64,000 nucleotides of DNA, from IMG/VR virus record IMGVR_UViG_3300005805_003857, positions 24,369-88,368 of that record, one strand, 5' to 3'. The translations under genes and the position numbers were made by a program. The stretch comes from a virus (Duplodnaviria; Caudoviricetes). Of the stretch, positions 57,547 through 64,000 are shown piece by piece; within the stretch, counting starts at the first letter, position 1; each line of letters starts with the position of its first letter. A model generated the notes under the pieces. It was not told the origin of the DNA and searched no databases. It worked only from the letters and a program-made list of their open reading frames with translations.

Positions 57547-58218
57547 ATGTATATAAAAAACAAATATTACTCGCTATATTTTAAGATCATTGAAAATTCT
57601 AAAAATAGAATTCTACCAAAAGAAGTTAAAAAAGAGACACATCATATATTGCCTAGATCACTAGGAGGTACGGATGATCCTTACAATCTTGCTCAGTTGA
57701 CCTTAAAGGAACACTGGATCTGTCACAGATTGTTAGTTAAGTTTTTAGATGATAAGTCTCATATTAGAAAGATGTATAATGCTTTATACATGATGGCCGT
57801 AAAAGACTATCGAACTGTAAACGCAAGAATATATGAGCAAATAAAAAATAATGTTGAACCTTGGAACAAAAATATTAAGGGTTACAAAGGAACACCTTGT
57901 TCTGACAAAACTAAAGAATATTTTAGAAATATATACAAAGATAAACCTAGATCAGAATCTGCCAAACAGGCCATGAGAGAAGGATGGGATAGGTTGAAAA
58001 AAGAAGGTTATACTCCTTGGAATAAGGGACAAACAGGGGTCCAAAAGAAAGAAGGGATCTCTTGTATTTTTATTTCACCAGATAATGAATCATTTAAATA
58101 CTCTACATTCAAAGAAGGGTGTGAACAACATGGATTATCTCGAAGTGTAATGTGTAGAATAAAAAATACTGAAAAAACACATAAAGGTTGGAAAGCAACC
58201 ACATCCAAGGAGAACTAA
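57547..58218 (+). mobile_element. free-standing HNH homing endonuclease
   Basis: ETHHILPRSLGGTDDPYNLAQLT.KEH..CH.LL; PWNKG repeats; late promoter at 57536. Confidence 0.9.
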
Positions 58219-58219
58219 A

Positions 58220-58705
58220 ATTACAAAAAAATTACAAGAACTTTTTGAAATGCCACTATCTGAAGATGAGATGGGACTTACCGTTCCTATTCCAGAGGGC
58301 GCTCAAGAAATAACAACAGAAGCACTTAATACATTAGAGAAGATTGAAAACGCATTGCCACAAGTTCGTGGATTAGAAGTTGCTGATAACGAAATGGATG
58401 AATTAGCGAGTATGGCAACCAACAGTTACAAAGACTTGATGGATTTAGGTATGCAAGTTGATAGTCGTTTTGCTAGTGAGATATTCAATAGTGCTAGTAG
58501 TATGCTAGGACATGCTATTACAGCAAAGACAGCTAAGATTAACAAGAAATTAAAAATGCTTGATTTACAGCTTAAAAAAGCTGGTTTAGATCAAAAAATT
58601 GCAGGGAAAAATGAAGAAATTGAAGCTACCCCTCTAGGTGAAGGTAAGAGTTTAGACCGTAATGACCTGCTTAAGATGTTGGCTACTAAAACAGACAATA
58701 AATGA
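58220..58705 (+). CDS. probable terminase small subunit (gp16-like); likely ATT start at 58220, first ATG at 58250
   Basis: EMDELA..A..SYKDLMDLG...SRFASEIF helical pattern like gp16; AAGGAG 7 nt before ATT. Confidence 0.55.
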   Translation: MTKKLQELFEMPLSEDEMGLTVPIPEGAQEITTEALNTLEKIENALPQVRGLEVADNEMDELASMATNSYKDLMDLGMQVDSRFASEIFNSASSMLGHAITAKTAKINKKLKMLDLQLKKAGLDQKIAGKNEEIEATPLGEGKSLDRNDLLKMLATKTDNK

Positions 58706-58730
58706 TAAATACAGAATACAGGAATAAGAA

Positions 58731-59354
58731 ATGAAAAGTCTAAAACGATATATCATGGAAAGTGTACATACTTACAACTACACTATCAAAATTGCAGGAG
58801 ATGTTGATAAAAACTTTATCGACTTGTTTAAGTATAACTTAAATAAGTTTGATCCAGTTAAAATTGGCGAGCCTACTAGCACACCAATACAAAAAGATCC
58901 ATATGGATTTCCTAATTTAAGTAATCAAAGTGTTACTATCATTAAAGCAGAATTTCGCTATCCAGCGACTGAGCCAATGATTCAACAGATTGCTCAATTG
59001 TTAGGTTATCAAGTTGATATGGTTCGTGTTGTTTCGTCTAACTTTGATGACAGCATCAATAGTGAGGCAGCAGGTTATGCTAATGAAATAGATCATACTC
59101 CATTACTATTACATCCTGAACTAGAAGAACAGCCTGGTGCCAAAGAAGCAAGCAAAAACTACGGTGATTCATATTTGAAGTCTATTCAAGCACAAGCAAA
59201 AGATTCTAAAATTGATATACCGTATGATGCTAAGAAGACTCCTGATGCGTTTGATCCGTTCAAACCAAACTTGGATAATGATCCAAGAGGAATTAAGAGC
59301 CCAATGAGTACAATCAAACGCCCCGCAAAGCCTGCAACTGGCGCAAGTAAATAA
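58731..59354 (+). CDS. putative internal head protein (MKSLKRYIME|S)
   Basis: CTS-like N-terminus; late promoter at 58705. Confidence 0.55.
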   Translation: MKSLKRYIMESVHTYNYTIKIAGDVDKNFIDLFKYNLNKFDPVKIGEPTSTPIQKDPYGFPNLSNQSVTIIKAEFRYPATEPMIQQIAQLLGYQVDMVRVVSSNFDDSINSEAAGYANEIDHTPLLLHPELEEQPGAKEASKNYGDSYLKSIQAQAKDSKIDIPYDAKKTPDAFDPFKPNLDNDPRGIKSPMSTIKRPAKPATGASK

Positions 59355-59369
59355 TTAAAGGAACATAAA

Positions 59370-62324
59370 ATGGATTTCAAAAGTTTATTATCACAACTAG
59401 ACCAGTTGACTGAAGCAACAGAAAAAACTAAGACTGGTATCAAGCATACTGCTGAACCGGGTGGCTATGGTCGCAAAGACGATGAGGATGAAGAAGGCAA
59501 TAAAGTAAAAGATACTAGTGCTGAGAAGAAAGGTCGTGGTCGTCCTAAGAAAGCTACATCTACATCAGGTGAAGATAAGAAATATGACTTCAGTGCATTT
59601 GGTGTTACCAAAGGCAAAGATGTTAAGCTACCAAAGCATGATAAAAAGAAAACTACTAAACATAGTTTGAAAGAATATCTTGACCAATTAGAAAGTGCAT
59701 TAAACGAAGCTGAACAGATTCAAATCAAGCCAGCAAGTCAAATGCCTAAGAAGCCAGGAGAAACATCACAGACTCAGCCGGGTCAACCACAACAAGTTCA
59801 AGGTCAAGCACAGCAGAACACACAAGTTATTGCTCAAGGTGACAAGACATTGGGTACAGTTAACAATCCACAACTAGCACAACAGATTAAACAATCTATT
59901 GGCAAAGGTGAAATGACTTTAAATCCTGACCAACAAATGAAAGAAGGATCCGGATACGATGGTTCAGAGCCATTGGATCTCAGCAAGAATCCTTCTGTAA
60001 ACGATGTGTTCAAACGTGCTTTGTACATCTATGATTACGAAGGCTACGGCAACGACATGGACTACAGCGAAGATGATGCTATTGACCAGTATGTTGCACA
60101 AAAGTTTGGTCAGGATGTATTGAATAAATTAACCAATGCAAGAAATCAAAGTTATTTTGGTAGAGATGATGGTAAAGGGCCGGGCGGTGGTGGTAGAACT
60201 AGCAATCTAGGAACATCTAGTGCCCCGGGTGGTAACTTCCGCACAACAAAGGCTGGGGTAATGAACAAGCAAGATGCTAAGACCATGAAAGGTCAAGTAT
60301 CAAACAGACTAGGACGTCACCCTGAACCAAATCTGCCAGAAGGTGATATCGGTAAGCATAACAATGCTACTACAGGCTTTGATGCATTAGTTCGTAAACT
60401 AACACCTAAATATGGTAAAGAAGCCGCAACAAAAATTGCCGGCTCACAAATGAAGAAAATCAAAGAGGCAGATCAGCCTCCACGTGATGCATTAGCAAGC
60501 CCGTTAACATTTGAAGCTAAGAAGCCAGATGCAAACAAGAATGGTATCCCTGACTACGCAGAAGATGGTAAGGGTAAAAACGATTTGAAGAAAAAGAAAG
60601 TTAAAGAAGATATGGATTCAGAATCAAATACTGACAAAAAGAAATGCCCACCAATGTCACATATTAAAAAAATGTGTCAGGACGGAAAGTCTGTAGCAGA
60701 AATTTGCAAAATGCATCCTGATTGCGATCAGAAAGAACTAAAACAAATGGTGGCCGATTGCAAAAAGAAAATGGTTAAAGAAGGTATGAACACAAGATTA
60801 AAAGCGGCTCGTCATGCCGGTAAATCACATGCATTGGGAAAACAAGGTTACAACTGCTCATACGATGATATGGAAGAATCAAGACACTATCACGAAGGCT
60901 TCAAAGAAGGTCTAGATGAGTGCTATGGTCAAATGCCAATTCAAGGTTATGTTGGTGAAGTAGAAGGTTCTATGCCAGCCGCAACAGTACCAGGTATGGC
61001 TTCACAAGAACAACATGGTGGTATGGATGAGGGCAATGCTTTCACAGCCGCATTGAAGCGCACACCAACTGGTGGTAAGTTCAGTGTTGGTGGTGATACA
61101 TATACGGACCGTAGTTCAATTGAAGAAAGCCCATTCGCTTTTGAAGCATTGGACAAACAATTAAATGCTTTGCTAGAATCTAAAGAAGATGTAGCTGAAG
61201 GCATGACTGTTTCTATCAGTAAAGGTCAACAAGGTGCTCCTGATTCGGTAAGTGTATCAGCACAAGACGGCGAAGCCGATCAATTACTATCAATAATCAA
61301 ATCAGCAGGTCTAGGCTTGTTTGGTGGTGATGAACAAAATGGTTACGGTGCTCCGCAAGGTGGACAACCACAGCACGGTGGTTTAGATGTTGTCGGTGAC
61401 CATGATGGTATGATGGCATTGATTAAGAAAGTTACAGGCGGTGAAGCTAGTAACGGTGATTATGCTGACGAAGAAGGTCATGGCGACGAGCACGGACATG
61501 AAGGTACATGTGAGTCATGCGGTGGCATGATGGAAGCTGGTCATGCATGCGGTGAAGGTCAACAAATGGTTGATGAAGTTGAATCAGAAGACCAAATGAC
61601 TTATCAAATGGCTGAAGACAATCCCCCAGACAGTGGTGCTGACAATACAGATGCGGCAATTGCTGATACTGCACAAGCCAATCAAGCAGCCGCTGAGTAC
61701 AACCCAAGAAATGATGTTGACGAAGGCGCAGGCGGACCAGAAGCTAGTGAAGAACCAGTTGAAAAATTAACTCCTGACGAAGAAGACCAATCTGACGAAG
61801 AAGGTGAAGAAGAAGAATCTGCTGAAGAAGATAAAGCTGACAAAGAATCAATGTCAGAGTCAATGTTTGTTAATCTTTATAAGAAATTAACATTAATCTC
61901 AGAAGAATCTACTAGCGAGAAAGATGACAAAGCTGAAAAAGCCGCAAAGAAAGTCGCTAAAGATATCGAATATGATGAAGATCATAAGGGTAAAGATGAC
62001 GACAAGGCAGAAGAAGCTGGTAAGAAAGTCAAAAAAGACATTGAGTATGATGACAAGAAAGACAAGAAGAAGATAGACGAGTGGGCCAATGATGCAGGTC
62101 CAGGTAAATCTGCTTCAGATACAGCATTCGAAACTGATATTGACTTTATGATGAATGTTATCAGTGGTGGTTTGAACAAGCGTAAGCAAACTGGTCAGAC
62201 AACTATTCCTGTTATTGCAGGACAAAATAGAACAACATCACGCAATACAACTGATATCAATGAATCAAAGTATTCTAGCGATGATGCAGTAGCTCAATGG
62301 AAGAAACTAGCAGGCCTAAAGTAA
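59370..62324 (+). CDS. large modular acidic/basic putative prohead-core or internal protein
   Basis: About 20 hydrophobic-x-E sites separating modules; ends QWKKLAGLK. Confidence 0.55.
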   Translation: MDFKSLLSQLDQLTEATEKTKTGIKHTAEPGGYGRKDDEDEEGNKVKDTSAEKKGRGRPKKATSTSGEDKKYDFSAFGVTKGKDVKLPKHDKKKTTKHSLKEYLDQLESALNEAEQIQIKPASQMPKKPGETSQTQPGQPQQVQGQAQQNTQVIAQGDKTLGTVNNPQLAQQIKQSIGKGEMTLNPDQQMKEGSGYDGSEPLDLSKNPSVNDVFKRALYIYDYEGYGNDMDYSEDDAIDQYVAQKFGQDVLNKLTNARNQSYFGRDDGKGPGGGGRTSNLGTSSAPGGNFRTTKAGVMNKQDAKTMKGQVSNRLGRHPEPNLPEGDIGKHNNATTGFDALVRKLTPKYGKEAATKIAGSQMKKIKEADQPPRDALASPLTFEAKKPDANKNGIPDYAEDGKGKNDLKKKKVKEDMDSESNTDKKKCPPMSHIKKMCQDGKSVAEICKMHPDCDQKELKQMVADCKKKMVKEGMNTRLKAARHAGKSHALGKQGYNCSYDDMEESRHYHEGFKEGLDECYGQMPIQGYVGEVEGSMPAATVPGMASQEQHGGMDEGNAFTAALKRTPTGGKFSVGGDTYTDRSSIEESPFAFEALDKQLNALLESKEDVAEGMTVSISKGQQGAPDSVSVSAQDGEADQLLSIIKSAGLGLFGGDEQNGYGAPQGGQPQHGGLDVVGDHDGMMALIKKVTGGEASNGDYADEEGHGDEHGHEGTCESCGGMMEAGHACGEGQQMVDEVESEDQMTYQMAEDNPPDSGADNTDAAIADTAQANQAAAEYNPRNDVDEGAGGPEASEEPVEKLTPDEEDQSDEEGEEEESAEEDKADKESMSESMFVNLYKKLTLISEESTSEKDDKAEKAAKKVAKDIEYDEDHKGKDDDKAEEAGKKVKKDIEYDDKKDKKKIDEWANDAGPGKSASDTAFETDIDFMMNVISGGLNKRKQTGQTTIPVIAGQNRTTSRNTTDINESKYSSDDAVAQWKKLAGLK

Positions 62325-62336
62325 TTAGTTCTGTTC

Positions 62337-62368
62337 AAAAGTACCCGGCACTAGTCGGGTATTTTTTT
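62337..62368 (+). terminator. intrinsic terminator
   Basis: tacccgg...tcgggta plus T-run. Confidence 0.75.
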
Positions 62369-62402
62369 GGGTATGTGTTTAATTGAAAACGATAAATACT
62401 AG

Positions 62403-62996
62403 ATGACTTCTGTATTAAATTTTTATGTATACGCTTACCTTCGTGACGATGGTAGTCCTTATTATATTGGTAAGGGTAAAGGAAATCGCGCCTACACTAA
62501 AGGCAAGGGCGAGATAGGTAAACCCATCGACCAAACAAAAATAGTTATTTTAGAACAAGGATTAACCGAAGTTGATGCCTTCACATTGGAGAAACAAATA
62601 ATTAGTCAGTACGGACGTAAAGATAACAATACTGGAATCCTTCGTAACAAAACTGACGGTGGTGAGGGACCCGGCGGTATAAAACAATCACCGGAAGTTA
62701 TTGCCCAACGAGTAAAGTCATCTAAGGGAAAAGCAATGGGTATGACAGGAAAGAAACATAGACCAGAATCAAATGAAAAAAGACGGACATCAATGCTAGG
62801 TAAAAATATCGGACCACATACGATTGAACATCGTATTGCTAGTGGACTACCTAAACGAGGAATGAAATATAAATCACAATATATTCTTACCTGTCCGCAC
62901 TGCAATAAATCAGGTGGTAGTGCAAATATGAAAAGATATCATATGGACAATTGTAAACAAATAGAAAGACAGGCTATCCAATGCAACAAAATATAG
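62403..62996 (+). mobile_element. free-standing GIY-YIG-type homing endonuclease, related to 10499..11071
   Basis: [29 protein letters not shown], terminal CPHC...HMDNC; late promoter at 62392. Confidence 0.85.
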
Positions 62997-64000
62997 ATTT
63001 CGGAGCGTTTCCTGACGATCCATCGGCCGATGCGATAAGATCCGCATTCCAAAAAGTACAAGAAAATTTTAACGAAGTGTACTCTGGTATTACCAGTGCA
63101 TCAGTATCTTCAGTTAATAGATCAGTAGGTGCAGGTATTACTGTTAATGCACCTACTGGAAACGTTGTTGTTACCGCAAATATTGCGAACGTTACAGTAT
63201 CCTCACCTAATTTACAGTTTGGTACTAGCTTAGGAGTATTAGCTAGTTCTACGGTCTATACATCATCTACTCAAACATTATACATTGTTGTACCTAATAC
63301 GTTTTCTATAGGCAACATAGTATTATCAGGTAATGCAAATATCAGTGGAAATCTATCAATAGGTGGTAATGTTAGCTTAGGAAATATAATAGCTAACTAC
63401 TTTATTGGGTCAGGTAATAACTTAAGTAATATACAAGGTGCGAATGTAAGCGGTATAGTTCCTAGTGCAACGACTGCTATTACCGTAACAAGTAACGCAC
63501 AACCAAATATTACAAGTTTGGGTACATTAACTAGTTTATCAGTAACCGGTAATATTGTATCAGGTAATGCTAACTTAGGAAATTCTGCAACTGCTAATTA
63601 TTTCATTGGTAGTGGTAACAACTTAAGTAATATACAATCCGCAAATATAACTGGCACTGTCGCAAATGCAAACTATGCTGCATATGCCGGAGATGTAGTG
63701 AACGCATCACAGTCAAATATTACAAGTTTAGGTACATTGACAAGTGTATCTGTATCAGGCAATGCAAACATTGGAAATATTGGCACAGGTATAATAACAG
63801 CAACCGGTAACATTACTGGTGCTAATTTAATAACAGGTGGTACATTAAGTGTCACTGGTAATGCCAATGTAGGCAATATTGGTGCTATTGGCGTATATGC
63901 AACAACATTGAGTGCAACGGGTAATGCAAATGTAGGTAATATTGGTGCTATTGGCGTATATGCAACAACATTGAGTGCAACGGGTAATGCAAATGTTGGT
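62981..64000 (+). CDS. long tail-fibre/baseplate protein, N-terminal part (runs off window; absent from ORF track)
   Basis: [34 protein letters not shown] (gp9/gp10-like start), [11 protein letters not shown] and GNANVGN repeats, no stop codon. Confidence 0.85.
   Translation, partial: MQQNIDFGAFPDDPSADAIRSAFQKVQENFNEVYSGITSASVSSVNRSVGAGITVNAPTGNVVVTANIANVTVSSPNLQFGTSLGVLASSTVYTSSTQTLYIVVPNTFSIGNIVLSGNANISGNLSIGGNVSLGNIIANYFIGSGNNLSNIQGANVSGIVPSATTAITVTSNAQPNITSLGTLTSLSVTGNIVSGNANLGNSATANYFIGSGNNLSNIQSANITGTVANANYAAYAGDVVNASQSNITSLGTLTSVSVSGNANIGNIGTGIITATGNITGANLITGGTLSVTGNANVGNIGAIGVYATTLSATGNANVGNIGAIGVYATTLSATGNANVG
63857..64000 (+). repeat. 63-bp (21-aa) tandem coding repeat
   Basis: aacaacattgagtgcaacggg at 63901 and 63964. 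Confidence 0.85.

Noticed and set aside
1-64000. Stop-codon reassignment, as seen in some large phages
   Set aside because: Core genes translate full length under the standard code, and TAG and TGA both end genes at sensible places
1-64000. tRNA or tmRNA genes in intergenic gaps
   Set aside because: No cloverleaf with TTCGA T-loop and acceptor stem was recognised in any gap

Overview
AT-rich, gene-dense 64 kb segment of a large tailed dsDNA phage, a myovirus distantly related to T4. Gene order and content recall uncultured freshwater large or jumbo myophages; a Proteobacteria-like IscA hints at the host. It carries packaging genes (TerL, probable TerS, gp4-like nuclease) and neck/tail genes (gp13-, gp14- and gp15-like, sheath, tube, fibres). 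It also carries recombination/replication genes (gp32 SSB, UvsX, UvsY, UvsW, gp62, primase, gp41 helicase), spanins and metabolic genes (DegT aminotransferase, SAM methyltransferase, IscA, Nudix, MazG, dNMP kinase). Seven free-standing GIY-YIG/HNH homing endonucleases are present, plus one remnant. Two promoter classes are evident: sigma70-type TTGACA-17bp-TATAAT and T4-late-like ATAAATA. The most notable observations are: (1) a 193-aa miniature DnaE that keeps all three catalytic Asp, beside a 3'-5' exonuclease; (2) a roughly 400-nt highly base-paired non-coding region, a candidate structured ncRNA; (3) a probably virion-packaged protein with ligase-type nucleotidyltransferase motifs; (4) a tandem array of 6-8 small paralogs ending F-x4-DA-x2-F-x-L-x-W; (5) many putative capsid-targeted, Glu-cleaved internal head proteins. 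No tRNA, rRNA, CRISPR array or intron was recognised. All family assignments come from motif recognition by eye, with no database search.
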